From: Okamejei kenojei
Taxonomy: Eukaryota
Direction: 5' to 3'
Length of the DNA stretch: 64,000 bases
Assembly: GCA_035221665.1 (NCBI GenBank)
Contig: CM069171.1
Span: 3,658,001-3,722,000, forward strand
Each line of letters begins with the position of its first letter. Positions within the stretch are counted from its first letter, which is position 1. Under the pieces are notes generated by a model. The model saw nothing but the letters and a program-made list of their open reading frames with translations, was not told where the DNA came from and ran no database searches. Below are positions 42,206 to 55,345 of this stretch, piece by piece. The position numbers and the translations under genes were made by a program.

Positions 42206-43479
42206 AGAGTCTGAGTGTACTGTTGCTGTTAATATCTAATGACATCTGACTCCGAAACTTGTTGCTCTATATATCCTCAAACTCAACTTCGAAATTTCTA
42301 TAGTTTAAGTGTTCAAAGTTTTATTTAGTGGCTTAATGTTTCAGATTGCTTCTGTATTCAGTCTTTTGTGCTCTTTAAAATGTTTAAAGAAATCTGGTAA
42401 AACATGTTATTTTCTGGCTTGCTGTCGGATTTGCTGCTTAGCTTGCTTAATGAGATGTGTCGCTGGATATCAGAGACACCCTTTCTTCCCCCCCCCCCCC
42501 CCCCCCCCCTACCAGTCCCACAAAATAACTAGTGATTTGAAAGCAACTAATGAGGTACAAAGGAAGATCCCTAAGAGATTGAAACTTTATTTTGGCTGCT
42601 ACCTTTGAGGTACTATTGTCTTTTATTGATTGTAAATTCTAGGCATGGGGATTTTTTAAGTCCACCAAATACCCTGCTAAGTTGTCTCCTGAAGAATGTT
42701 TTTTTTTTAACATGGTGCAGCATATTGAGGTTGGCTGAAGGATTCCTCCAAGCTTGTTGCCAGATGTTGTGAGATTGAATTAGCAGATGCTTATTAACCT
42801 TGAGGTGCTTCAGCTCTTGTGTATTTTTGTTTCTGGTGAGGTTTGGCTTGAATACCAGCACAGCTCTTTCTTCTCTCTCAATCACACCTACCTCATGCAC
42901 AAAACTTCAATAGGAAAAGGCCTGAAACTTGTCTTTTTCATTATTTTAATTAAAGTTAAAACAAAAATGAAACTCTTCATTTTGTTCAATTTGAGGGAGG
43001 AAAGGAGAAATTATTTGTCTCCACCTTGCAGTATCCAGTCAGGCAACACTTGGGTGAGTTAATGTGTATTTGGATTAGATGTTTGAACAAGAGTGGAAAT
43101 TCTGAGTTCACCACAGTATTTTTATGTGCCTTGACTCTCTCAGCATGGTGAAGCAAACACACAGTGCCCTCTCTGTACATTGAATTATCTAGGCAAAAAT
43201 ATAAAGTTTGCTGTTTGAATTGACTTGTGGATTCAACGTAAGACTTGTACGGGTAGCTATTTTGATGCTGGAACAAAATGAATGGCACCGTGAGCGACTG
43301 CAGTTATCCAGAAGCTTCAGGAAAAAGTCAACATTAATTTTTCAATGGCTGGTCTAACAAAAATCCTTTTACTTGCAAATGAGTGAGTGGGGGAAGGGAA
43401 AGATAAAGTGGCCTGCAGCCATGCTGCTTAATTATTTTCTGTGCTTTAGTCCAGTGACTTCCATTTTAAGATGGAGCTT

Positions 43480-43638
43480 TTCCATTTTAAGATAGAGCTC
43501 TAGGGGCTAGTGGTCAAGAGATATGGGGAGAAGGCAGGCACGGGTTATTGATAGGGGACGATCAGCCATGATCACAATGAATGGCGGTGCTGGCTTGAAG
43601 GGCCGAATGGCCTCCTGCACCTATTTTCTATGTTTCTA
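43480..43638 (+). mobile_element. CR1 3' tail
   Basis: gaagggccgaatggcctcctgcacctattttctatgtttcta. Confidence 0.8.
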
Positions 43639-43859
43639 AATGAGAAGTTAATGATAAACATATGCTTTTACCTATCCCAAATAGCTCCATCAGCTGTTCT
43701 GTTTAAGGAGTTGTGCCCAGCCCGAAGCCTTACACAAACCTTGCTCAAATCTGAAGTTTTGGGTTCAAATCTTGTTCGAGGCTCAAGCACACCCCAGCCA
43801 AAACACCGAAGGGGTGCTGTGTTGTAGGATAAACCATCTCTTGGAAGGGGGATTAGTTT

Positions 43860-45062
43860 GGATTCTTATTGTGTACCAAGAATTCCATCTAAGAAGATCA
43901 TACCATAAGTACATACATCAAGGTAATGCAAAAGAGGAATTTACATGATGTATAGTGTTCCAGCTACAGAAAAAGTGCAGATGAATAAAGTGCAAGGGCT
44001 GCAATAAAGTAGTTTTGGAGATCAATAATTCATCATAGCTTGTCTGAATACTTGTTCGAGGGGGAGAAGAGTATCACTGTGGTGGAATTACGTTGGCTGC
44101 TCTCAGGAGGCAATGAGAATTAAGGGAGGAGTCAGTCAAGGGTAGACTGATCTGTATGATGGACCAGGCAGCATTCGCAACGCTGCAATTTCATGTAGTC
44201 TAGGGCAGAGCATTTGCTATATCAAGCTATGAAGCATTTGCATAAGATTTTTTATGGTGTATCAGTAAAATTTCGTAAGACTTGGTGGGTACCTACAGAC
44301 TTTTCTCAGCCTTTTGAGAAAGTAGAGACATTGGTGTGCTTGACCGTAGCGTTATGTGGTTGGACCAGGACAAATTGTTGATGTTTACACCCAGAAACTG
44401 AAGCACCAGATTGTATTCCAGCACCTTCTTCTTTCGTGAGCCTAAAGTTGTGGGACAACTTGTTCTATTTGATCTTCCGTTTGTGCACATCGAGTTGATT
44501 GCATTAGTCGAAACAGGGCGGACCACGTGAAGGTTGCAGTCTTCCACCCCGTTTCCAGTACCGCACCATGCAGACTGGGGTGTGTACGCTATCCTGCTGG
44601 CTGAAGTTGATGACATGCTCCTTTGTTTTGCGACATTGCGGGGGTGGTTGTTGAATTGGCCCCATGCCATTAAACTCTCCACTCCTTCCTGAACTTCATC
44701 TTGTAGTTTTTTGAGATCCAGCCCACAGCGGTGGTGTCATCTGCAAACCTGTAGGTGACGTTGGAGTAGAATTCGTCAACAAAGTAGTAGGCGTGTGTGG
44801 GGAGTTTACCAAGCGGCTGAGGATGCAGCCTTGCAGGGCAAATGGGGATTTAGTAGAGGTGTCCCTTGCTGATTGCAGTCTATGGGTCAGGAATAATGAT
44901 TGATCTGCTTGCAGGGAGGTGTGCTGAGTCCGTGGCCCTAGAGTTGAAACTTTTGGTTGGAATTGAGGAGTGCAAGTCAGAGCTATAGACAATAAACAGG
45001 AGCCTGGTGTCCATTATCCAGATGTTTCGGGGATGAGTAAAGGGCCAGGGAGATGGCATCCA
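43860..45062 (-). mobile_element. Degenerate Rex1/Babar-like LINE fragments (RT region to 3' end), interrupted
   Basis: Minus translations FLGVNINNLSWSNHI and PQGCIL-like; tttgcagatgacacc (FADDT) reads on minus near 44735-44747. Confidence 0.65.
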
Positions 45063-45644
45063 CAATCACTAATCATTTACAACAGTTCCGTGCTCTCCCC
45101 AGAGAAACGCTTAAGGGCCATGTGTATAACTTTACAAGTGAATGTATGGTTGAGCTGTTACACCATTTAATAATTCAAGCAACCTCTGAAATGGACCATC
45201 TCATTAATTTCCATGTCTGAGGTGGTTGTACCTATGATGTTTTGCTCTAATTAATAAGATTGTCATCAAAGCAATTCTTTAGTTATTTTCCTAGCACAAG
45301 TGGGTGGAAATGTAAATAGCAGACAATTTGAGATGGATTGAATAGTCACCAGCAATGTGATAATGGCCAGGTCTTTTAGTAGAATATTGCTAAGGACAAA
45401 CACCATGCTCCTTTTAGAGATAGTGGGTGTTTGTTTCCTTCTGCCTTTTGAGTGAGCTGGCCTTGAGTTACACTTTGCTACAAAAGATGCCACCTATGAC
45501 ACCAGCACTCCTTCACTGCTGCAACTCTACTACCAGCATTGCATTTTATGGCGTCTCTAATAGGATTTGAACCCAGAACCTCAGATTTAAGCAAAGTATC
45601 CAACTGAGCCAAAGCTCAAACCTGACCAGCATCATCACTTGGCT

Positions 45645-45724
45645 GGTAGGCACAAAATGCTGGAGTAATTCAGCGGGTGAGGCAGCATCTTAAGGAGAGA
45701 AGGAATTGGCAACGTTTCGGGTCG
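45645..45724 (-). mobile_element. Penelope-like 3' fragment close to the exon 12 acceptor
   Basis: cttggct at 45638-45644 and 45725-45731. Confidence 0.72.
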
Positions 45725-45776
45725 CTTGGCTCTTGGATGGTAGTGCAAATATTACCCTTGCTGCCTGTTCCTACAG

Positions 45777-45927
45777 ATAAAGAAGTAATGTTGACACAGA
45801 AAGACTATGAAACGGCAGCACTGGCTGACATCAAGGCCTTGCTCAAGAAACACGAAGCGTTTGAGAGTGATCTGGCAGCACACCAAGACAGAGTGGAGCA
45901 GATCGCTGCCATCGCACAAGAGCTCAA
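45777..45927 (+). CDS. ACTN4: ACTN4 exon 12 (151 nt)
   Basis: cctacag|AT...CTCAA|gtatg; [51 protein letters not shown]. Confidence 0.97.
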
Positions 45928-46186
45928 GTATGTACAATAATATGATTGTTTGCACCAACCATGCTGCCATTCAACATTAAAGACCAGGTTTTATAACTGA
46001 TCCCACTGTTTGAATGTTTCTGCAGTCAGAAATGTACAAACCATTATTATGCTCTAATGGATAAGAACAAAGTGAATATTTCCTCTAATGCAAGTTGAAT
46101 CATCTAATCAAATGTTTGAAATGAAATATCCTTAATCCTGTGGTGTTCCAGCTCAATTTTTTAAATTTGTCATTTGTTTTCTGCAG

Positions 46187-46295
46187 TGATTTGGATTATT
46201 ACGACTCTCCCAATGTAAATGCTCGATGCCAGACGATTTGTGACCATTGGGACACTCTGGGCTCCTTAACACAGAGTAGGAGGGATGCCCTGGAG
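46187..46295 (+). CDS. ACTN4: ACTN4 exon 13 (109 nt)
   Basis: ttctgcag|T...GAG|gtgag; [36 protein letters not shown]. Confidence 0.97.
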
Positions 46296-47281
46296 GTGAG
46301 ACCAAAACTGCTGCATTTTATTTTGTGGTGAAATTCATGTGTTTAATTTATCCATATCTCTAACCGCAGTCAGAATTTTAAACCCAGGTGACCTTGGGAT
46401 ATTAATGGGAGAACACTTTGCTTAATTCAATGATGTATGTGAGATGAGGTGCAGTGTTTAGTGATCATGTGTCTGAGATGATTCTTTAATTAGTTGGCGA
46501 TGTTTCAGATTCTATATTCATTTTAAATTAACTTGTAGTTTCGTTTCCATTAAGTTCTTGATACATTTAGAAATAGAATGCCCAAGTGAGTCACTTTCCT
46601 CCCTTCCTAAGGGGTATTGAGGTAATTTTGACTCTGTCCAGCTGAGACTCGTATCAGCCCTGCTTCAAGTCTCATTTTCTGGTCTCTGTACCCGTACGAT
46701 TATAGTTACTGTAATTGTCTTATGAAAAGTTATTTCAATTCATGGGTGCACTCGAGTAGAACCATGATCTCAGTGGCTAGACTTGTCAACTAGCTTTCCA
46801 TCAGTGCGTTGGTCTAATCAGCACGTCATGGATTTGAAACTATGAACAATCTTCCAGAAATTTTTGAGCATGCCGATTTTTAAGTCAACAAATCAGATTG
46901 AACAAATGCAATGTGTTTGCAAAAAAACATGTGTTAGAGTTTGAGACTATTCTAAGATGCATGCTTTGAAGGAATTGCATAGTAGCTGCTGTTGTACACT
47001 ACAAAGAGAGTGTAGAAAATCCATTACATTGCAAAATTAAGAACAAAGCTTGTTTCACTTGGCTACATAATTGTCTGGTTCTTATGGTTGAGTTCTAACT
47101 GATTTAGTGATGTTATTGCAAAACACCAATCTTTGAATTCCAGCAGAGTTTCTTTGCTGAGCCCGTCTTATTTGATACCATTCATTTTGGTGCTGTTGAG
47201 AGCAGAGGTGGTTAAAGGCTAAATTTGTTCTCTATTTGACTGCTGCTTCCTAAATGAACCTTTTTTTAAAAATTGATTTAA

Positions 47282-47464
<183 letters not shown>

Positions 47465-47530
47465 TAGTTCGAGCAGTGAATTAAAGCAACTTCCCTGTTC
47501 TCATTGGTTCCTTCTCTCTGCTTTCTGCAG

Positions 47531-47713
47531 GGTCTCATTGCAGCACATGAACAATTCAAAGCAACATTACCAGATGCTGATAAAGAGCGGGAAGCAATTC
47601 TGGGCATCCACAATGAAATGATGAAAATTGCCCAGTCTTACGACATTAAGCTCTCTGGTGTAAATCCGTACACATCCATTACCTCGCAGAGTATCAATGA
47701 TAAATGGAATAAT
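47531..47713 (+). CDS. ACTN4: ACTN4 exon 15 (183 nt)
   Basis: ttctgcag|GGT...AAT|gtaag; [29 protein letters not shown]...[17 protein letters not shown]. Confidence 0.97.
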
Positions 47714-49175
47714 GTAAGAGACTGCTGAAGGGTATCAGTATCTAAAATGCATTTACAGATGATTTTTCTACACAGTACTATTCATATTAAGATGTGGGGA
47801 AGTATTACTCCATATCTGATAGCTTTATATAGTAAATATATACATAAATAAATAAAAATTTGGGGAACTGGATGTAGCATGCCAACAAGTACATGTGGGT
47901 CCGATTGAATATTAGTTGTCTAAAAATATTGGGGTTCAAATGCTGTACTGAAATTGAAAACTGGCTATAGTTTTCCTCTTTCATGCAGCTAATGTCTGAT
48001 TTGAGCTGTGCTATTGAAACGACTTTCAAACCTACCAAACGAATGTCATAAATGTTACTCAAAATATTCCTTATGACATGGAGGAGGCCATTCAGCTGTT
48101 GAATCTGTGGGCTCGCAAAACAATTCCAATCCCCACTAATTTTCCTAATAACTCTGAACACTGGCATCAACTCCGCCAGCGTCAGCCCCATAACTATACA
48201 TCAATGGTAATTTACAGTAGCCAATTAACCCACCCAGTGTTTCACGCATCTTTTGGAAATTGGAGCATCCGGAGGAAACCCACCCTGTCACAGCAAGAAT
48301 ATACAAATTCTACATGGGTTGGGATTGAGCTGGTGGCTGGTGCTGTGGGCAGCAGATCAACCAGCTGTGCTACAGCCACCTCTAAGGAATGGAGGGGGTG
48401 GTGTTGGGGATCAGTTTCTGTGGTATGGGATGCAGACGAGAAGACAATTTGGCTCATCGAGTCGCGGCTTCCTCTCGGAGCAATATCATTCTCCCACTTA
48501 TTTCCTCGTAACCTATTTTTAATCTGACCACCAGCACTCCCTGATTTTTATTTCTGCCACCAACCCACATTATGGTTACAGAAGCCATTTTACCAAGAAA
48601 TCAGCACATCTTTGGGACATGGAGGAAACTCAATGTGGTCGTGGAACTTGCATAATAAAACTTACGTGGGGGGAACCTCCATGAGGGGAAGAGCAATGGA
48701 CAATTGGAGGGGGGAGGGGCAAAGGACAATGGTGACCCTGCATGGGGGTACCACTGGGGGGGGTGGGACAAAAGGGGGAGCCGGCGTGCTTTGTGACTTT
48801 GTCAGCACCGTAGGTGGCTGCTATTTGTATACATTGTGTATGCAAGCAACAAATTTCACTGTGCCTAGTCACATGTGACAATGAAGTATTCCTATTCCTT
48901 CCTTCCACATGCGTCACAAACTGCGAGGCAGTAGTTCTACCTAAAATGCCACTGCGGTTTCAAATAGAATTCTAAACTTGGGAAATGAATGTACTTAAGA
49001 ATAATTGTCTTGAGTCACTGATACTATTAACACCAGAAGATATGTCACTATGAACACTCATTGAGGTGATCAAAAGAAGCTGCAAGTGGGAGGGGGCTTG
49101 AAAGAACTGGAAAAATGTATATAAGCCATTGAGCATAAACTTCGATGACCTGAATGTTTGTTTCTGTGCTTCTAG

Positions 49176-49310
49176 GTCCAGCAGTTGGTGCCAGCAAGAG
49201 ACCAAGCCTTGCAAGTAGAATTTAACAAACAGCTGTCCAATGAAAACTTGCGCGAGCAGTTTGCAAATGCAGCCAACGTTGTTGGTCCCTGGATTCAGAC
49301 CAAGATGCAG
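49176..49310 (+). CDS. ACTN4: ACTN4 exon 16 (135 nt)
   Basis: cttctag|GTC...CAG|gttgg; [45 protein letters not shown]. Confidence 0.96.
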
Positions 49311-50085
49311 GTTGGCAAACTTTGACATGCAGAACTGGTTTTGAGGATAGTTTCTCCAAGTTCAAAAAAAATGTTCTCCCTCCACACTCCAGTTATTAAA
49401 TTCCACTGTAATTAGCTATAAAGTTTATGCAGTTTACTTGTTATTTGAAAGCTTTAATCAACTAAATTGTTTTTGTCATCCTTTCTATTTTAACCTATTG
49501 TATTCAATTTTAGTTTTACACGGTGACTGGTGAAATATGTAGTCTCGTGGTTATGGGATTGAATTAGTGTTCTGGGGAGTTGAGCTATGGTGTGTCGTGA
49601 ACTTCAATTTGACAGGTCTTGTAATTTTATTAACCGCACCCAAGATAGTTTTACAGGAAACATTTTTGACACTATAAGGAAAGGAAGTGGTCACCTGTAC
49701 GTGGTCAACATGGGACTCGTCACTCTTATTTCGGTCTTGAAAACAGCCGAACAAGTCACCCTATTGTGCAGAGAAACACCATTCATACATGATAAATTAA
49801 AAAAAATTCCTTGCTAACAATCCCTAGAATTAACCTTGAATTCTACAATAGTAAACGAAGAGAGAATTGAGGTATTAACAAAAACATTTTATCTTTTCCA
49901 TTAGGAATTTACAAATGTCGCTCTCCATTCTGTGCTCGGCTGATTGAAACAATCAATTATTATGGTTGGGGGGGGGGGGGATGTTATGAAATGGTTGGCT
50001 GGCTTGATCTTTAGTGCAGTTTCACCACTCGATAGGAAATGAGTCTTGGAAGGGTATTTGAAATCTCTAATAGCCTGAATGTCTC

Positions 50086-50275
50086 AATAGACAATAGGTG
50101 CAGGAGTAGGCCATTCAATGTGATCATGGCTGATCATCCACAATCAGTTCCCCATTCCTGCCTTCTCCCCATATCCCCCGACTCCACTGTGTTTAAGATC
50201 CCTATCCAGCTCTCTTGAAAAGCATCCAGAGAACCGGCCTCCACCGCCCTCTGAGGCAGAGAATTCCAGACTCAC
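50086..50275 (-). mobile_element. CR1 3' tail
   Basis: caatagacaataggtgcaggagtaggccattc...ggcagagaattcca. Confidence 0.8.
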
Positions 50276-50418
50276 AATCTCATCTTGAATATTGCTCCAC
50301 GTTCCCTGATCTTTCATTTTATTTCTGTAGATTTGGAGTTGTTATTGCAATATTTTTACTAACCTAAGACCTTTTATTATAGTGAGGATCAATCAATTGT
50401 TGCATGCACCAAAATTGA

Positions 50419-50486
50419 TGCATCTTCAAATTGAGATGGGTGTCTGTCAAATTTGCATCTTCAAATTGAGATGGGTGTCTGTCAAA
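50419..50486. repeat. 35-bp tandem duplication
   Basis: tgcatcttcaaattgagatgggtgtctgtcaaa x2. Confidence 0.9.
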
Positions 50487-50613
50487 CTGAGATTGCACGT
50501 TGGGTGAAAATAAATATTGAATTCTAGATGTGCTGTTCTCTCAATCTGAATGCAGGGCAACACCTTGGTGTAGAAAATGGGTGGTTGAATTGACTGTTGT
50601 GTTTCTATATTAG

Positions 50614-50793
50614 GAGATTGGACGGATTTCTATTGAAATGCACGGTACACTGGAAGACCAGCTAAATCAACTGAAGCAGTATGAGGACAGTATCATCAAT
50701 TATAAACCCAATATTGACAAACTGGAGCAGAACCATCAACTCATTCAGGAGGCCCTCATCTTTGACAACAAGCACACCAACTACACCATGGAG
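50614..50793 (+). CDS. ACTN4: ACTN4 exon 17 (180 nt)
   Basis: atattag|GAG...GAG|gtaat; [24 protein letters not shown]...[18 protein letters not shown]. Confidence 0.97.
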
Positions 50794-51039
50794 GTAATAC
50801 CTATGGTCTACTTGTAGGTGAACTCGTGTTGTATTTAAAATCAGTGGCAAAGTACTTACTGTGTGGGATGCTGACTCTTTAGAGGATGGCAGCTTTACTT
50901 CTCATCCACCTTGTGAAAAAGTTTTATTGATTTATCCTGAACCATCTCTTAAAGGAAAATTAGCATCTCTTAAAAGGAAACTAAATCTGTCGACCTGCCC
51001 TTTCTTAACTGGAGTTTCCCTTTTGCCAAAAAGATTATT

Positions 51040-51432
51040 TTTTAGTTTAGAAATACAGCACTGAAACAGGCCCTTTGACCCACCGAGTTCGCACTGACCA
51101 GCGGATCCTACACACACTAGGGACAATCCTACACACACTAGGGACAATCCTACACACACTAGCGACAATTTACATTACACACACTATACTAACACACTAG
51201 GGACAATCAATAGGGACAATGATTTAGAAACCCGGGACAATACACACACTGGGAAATCTTTGGAGTGTGGGAGGAGACCAGAGCACCCGGAGAAATATTC
51301 AATTCAATTCAAAACTCACACAGGTCACGGGAAGAACGTACAAACTCCAAACAGACAGCACCTGTAGTCGGATCAAACCCAGCTGCTGGTACTGTAAGGC
51401 AGCAATTTTTCTGCTGCGCCACTGTACCACCC
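51040..51432 (-). mobile_element. V-SINE with internal 21-bp tandem expansion
   Basis: tcctacacacactagggacaa x3 at 51106-51168 plus degenerate copies. Confidence 0.8.
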
Positions 51433-51661
51433 AGGTAGATTGATTAAACTGAGATCCGGAAGGCCGTACGTCATGCCACCACATGTGGGGTAGAATATGG
51501 AGTATAAAATATGCTTAATTTCCACATCGACTTTCAAAACGGAACTAATTTTTCACAAAGGAAGTGCAGGTCAGTCTATGATACAAGTAGGCTGGATGAA
51601 TACATTCAATTTGGGCAAGGAAGTTAATTAACACCGTGGCTTTTTGTTTTAATGTAAAAAG

Positions 51662-51808
51662 CACATCCGAGTTGGCTGGGAACAGCTGCTGACAACGATT
51701 GCCAGAACTATTAATGAAGTAGAAAACCAAATCCTCACCCGTGATGCAAAAGGCATCAGCCAAGAGCAGCTCAACGAATTTCGCTCATCGTTCAATCACT
51801 TCGACAAG
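51662..51808 (+). CDS. ACTN4: ACTN4 exon 18 (147 nt)
   Basis: gtaaaaag|CAC...AAG|gtacg; [49 protein letters not shown]. Confidence 0.96.
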
Positions 51809-52486
51809 GTACGTTTTGCAATGTGCTTCCCCCAATAAATAAAATAATTTGCTTTTTATGGCATTGGGTTATTTACCTAATGGAATTGCAATGTTTGATT
51901 TTAATAATAAGCATCCTATTAGCCCTACTTAATATAATAACCTGCAGATGTAGCCGCACTTTAGTAGCAACGTGCTGGAGCTATAGAGAGCAAGGTATAC
52001 GTGAGGCTTAATGATGTGCTGAATATGCATAACATGACGTGTATACTAATCAGATTTGAGCATTTCCACGTACTAAACCCAGATTTTGACATTGGGTTTC
52101 AGGCATAAAGGCACCATGTAGATCCGCAATTGCCGCACCTCCATGTTGTTGCATGAGATTGGCACATGCCTTCTCAAAATTATCTTTTAAGGAGTAATTT
52201 GGAACTAAGTGGGTATAGTTTTAGAATAAAGAGTTACCCACTTAATATCGTGATGAAAGTTTGGGGGATTTTGAAACTTCAGAATTCTGTACTCCCAACA
52301 CCTGTTGAATGAATTTAAGACCTAGACATATTTTGGGCCAGAGGAATAGGTATTTCGGGGAAATAATTAGGAAATTGAATCTGAATCCAAGACATTGTGA
52401 TCTTACTGAGTACAGATTAGGTTTTTTTGGGGGGGAGGGGGGGGCTAATTGTATTAGGTAAATGCTCAGGAAGAATAGTCTTGCAA

Positions 52487-52937
52487 CACTCCCTCCCATT
52501 CCCACGCTGACCTTCCTGTCCTGAGCCTCCACTGTCAGTGAGGCCCAATGCAAATTGGAGGAACAGCATCTCATATTTTGCCTTGGCAGCTTATAACTCA
52601 GCTGTTTGAATATTGACTTCTCTAACTTCAAGTAACCTTTGCTTTCCCCCTCTCTCCACCCCTCCCCCATCCTAGTTCTCTGACCGGTCTGACTGTCCGG
52701 TGCTTACATTTTTATCTTAGTATGCTTCGTTGTCACCTTCCCCTAGCTAACAATGATCTATTCTAGTTTCCTTGACTTTCGTCCCCTTTGATATCTCGTT
52801 TTCACACCTTGCTCTTCGATATCTCTGTCTCCCTCTCCCCTGACTCTCAGTCTGAAGAAGGGTCTCGACCCAAAACGTCGCCCATGCCTTCTATCCAGCC
52901 ATTCTGCTGAGTTACTCCAGCATTTTGTGTCTACCTT
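52487..52937 (+). mobile_element. Penelope-like retroelement 3' end with GIY-YIG endonuclease C-terminal remnant
   Basis: 52540-52635 translates EAQCKLEEQHLIFCLGSL*LSCLNIDFSNFK*, followed by a pyrimidine-rich UTR and the same terminal motif as the short insertions. Confidence 0.82.
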
Positions 52938-54339
52938 TCCTGTAATGATTGGACAGATATAGCTGCATCACTCAGTGGGAGAATTTGCATTGATGAATGT
53001 GGTGTTTATAATCTTGTTTAGGTTATAATCTGTCTTAGTTTAAAGGGTGTGGCTGTCCAGCAGCTGTTTACAAGAGTACATTATTGTGCTGAATCTGCCT
53101 TTTCTCATGCAGGCAGGTAATACTATAACTGATCAGCTTTACGAGACACCCTAAGCCTTGATGTTCTCCACAGTACTTGTACTGAAATCCCATTATAGTA
53201 CAATGGTGCTTTATTGCTGAAATGGGTGGGAGACCTAGTTGATATTTAATTTTGAGCAGAGGAAACTGAATTCCAGAGCATGGGTGTTTAATGTTTTCGG
53301 TGTGTGTGGGGGGAGTGTTCTTTATATATCCAATGTAGTCACTCTGAATGAATTTGGAATATGTGGCCTGCTGAGCACTTCAAATAACAAAACATTTGCA
53401 GGATTTCGTCATCTTGTGGTTTATGAACCGAGAAATATTATTTGACAGGAGTTCAATTTATATGTACTGACTTGAAGCAAGGCACCCCTCCTGCTTTACA
53501 GTAAAACGTTGCCCATTGTTCAGAAATCCAGATGGTTCAGCATCTAGCAAGGTCATTAATACACTTTAAGTCCTCGCCGTTCACAGTCAGTCGTGCATTA
53601 CAAGGAGTCTGCGTAGGTTTGTGGCCAGAGCTAGGGTGTGGAGTGTGAGCTGGTTGTGCAGCTGGAGTTGGGAATATGGATTGCAGCTGGAACTAGCGTC
53701 AGGAGATGAGCTGGGTGAAAACTTCAAGCAGAAACTCGCCAGGCTGTGTTTCCCGTGCTCCCTTTAAACTTACCAGGGCACAGTTTCTTGCTGTCTTTCA
53801 ACTGGCTGGGTTCACTGACAAATTTATTATACTGTCTTACATGAAGTGTCAGCATTATATAATAGCATCAATAGTCTGTAAAATGGGCAACTGCAATGTC
53901 CCCAGAGTCCCAGGGGTGCCCCATTGCCAGTTTTGCTGTACTTGAGATGCAGCCACGTTGCCAATGTAGAAACTACTTAGAATCCAGCAAACCGAGCATT
54001 TTGTATCTGCCCGCTTAGTTCAAGGCCGATAAACGAAACAACAAAGGACAATTCTACCAAATAATTACATGAACATAACTGGCATCCAGGTGACTTGCTG
54101 TTATAGAGTGCCACCTAGATCAGCATTTCTTTTTTTTTTTTTTTAGCTATCAAAGTTGTTAAGCAGCTTTGTTCCATGAGGCAAACATTTACAAAGCTTC
54201 ACTGGGCTGTTGAGGTATTCGGTTTTAGGTACGGCACACATTGCCTGTGTATTTTACCAATTCTAAGCCTCTTACGTCATTGACATTAACTTTTGGTTGG
54301 AGGATCCATGCTGCTGTTGAATATCAGGCCCAGATTTTT

Positions 54340-54449
54340 ATTATAACATCCCAAGCGCATTCAAAGAAAGTAGACTCCTTGCCCCTCTGTTCCCATTATA
54401 ACATCCCCAGAGCATTCAAAGAAAGTAGACTCCTTGCCCCTCTGTTCCT
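54340..54449. repeat. 55-bp tandem duplication
   Basis: attataacatccc...gcattcaaagaaagtagactccttgcccctctgttcc x2. Confidence 0.88.
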
Positions 54450-54874
54450 ATTCAATCATGCTGCTAAAATTGTTAGAAATCCAGTTAATTAGTTGAAGTT
54501 GTGGTATCAGTGAGGAATCTTTAGAATTTTACTTCCATGTTACCGAATGTAGTGTACTGGTACTTAATTAAATAGATAATCAGAATGTTGATGAAATGGT
54601 TAATCAAAGATGTGTTTTAATATAATTGTGTAATGGCTTTTTAATATTTGCATTTGTGTTAGGCAGGTTAAGCTTGACTTGTGGATCAGCTTGTTTGCCC
54701 ACTGTGTTGGGTAGAGACATTTGAAGGTTATTGGACCCTACTCTGCAATTCTTTTTCATCCTTATGAAATATTGCTGTATTCATAAAAGCCTTGTCTTTG
54801 TTGTTCCATAAAGCTCACACTGGGCCTCTAGTAAATGATTACTTCAGTACTTGTGTAAGATGTTGGTTAGAAAG

Positions 54875-55345
54875 CATTTAGAGTATTGTGTTCAGTCCTG
54901 GGCACCGTTATAGGGACGGTGTTGGCAAGCTGGAAAGAGTACAGAGAAAATTTACGAAGATGTTGCCAGGACTAGAGGGTCTGAGCTATAGGGAGAGGTT
55001 GAGTAGGCTGGGACTCTATTCCCTGGAGTGTAGGAGGGTGATCTTATAGAGGTGTATAAAATCATGTGAGGGATAGATTGGGTAGATGGCAGCCCCTTGC
55101 CCAGAGTACGTGAATAGAGGACATAGGTTTAAAGTGAAGGGGAAAAGATTTAATAGGAATCTGAGGGGCACCATTTTCACACAAAGTGTGGTGGGTGCAT
55201 GGAACAGGCTGCCAGAGGGGGTAGTTGCGGTTTCAGAAGCAGATACATGGAAAGGGCAGGTTTGGAGGGATATGGGCCAAACACAGGCAGGCGAGTGTAG
55301 CTGGGACATGTTGGCAAGTTGGGCCGAAGGGCCTATTTCCACACC
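54875..55345 (+). mobile_element. CR1 LINE ORF2 C-terminus and 3' end
   Basis: LEYCVQ-W...LERVQRKFTKMLPGL; RGHRFKVKGKRFNRNLRGTIFTQSVVGAWNRLP. Confidence 0.85.

Noticed and set aside
48078-48527. 149-aa plus-strand ORF
   Set aside because: Overlaps degenerate SINE/LINE sequence; no homology or splice support.
51106-51168. CRISPR-like repeat array
   Set aside because: Eukaryotic DNA; adjacent repeats without spacers inside a SINE.
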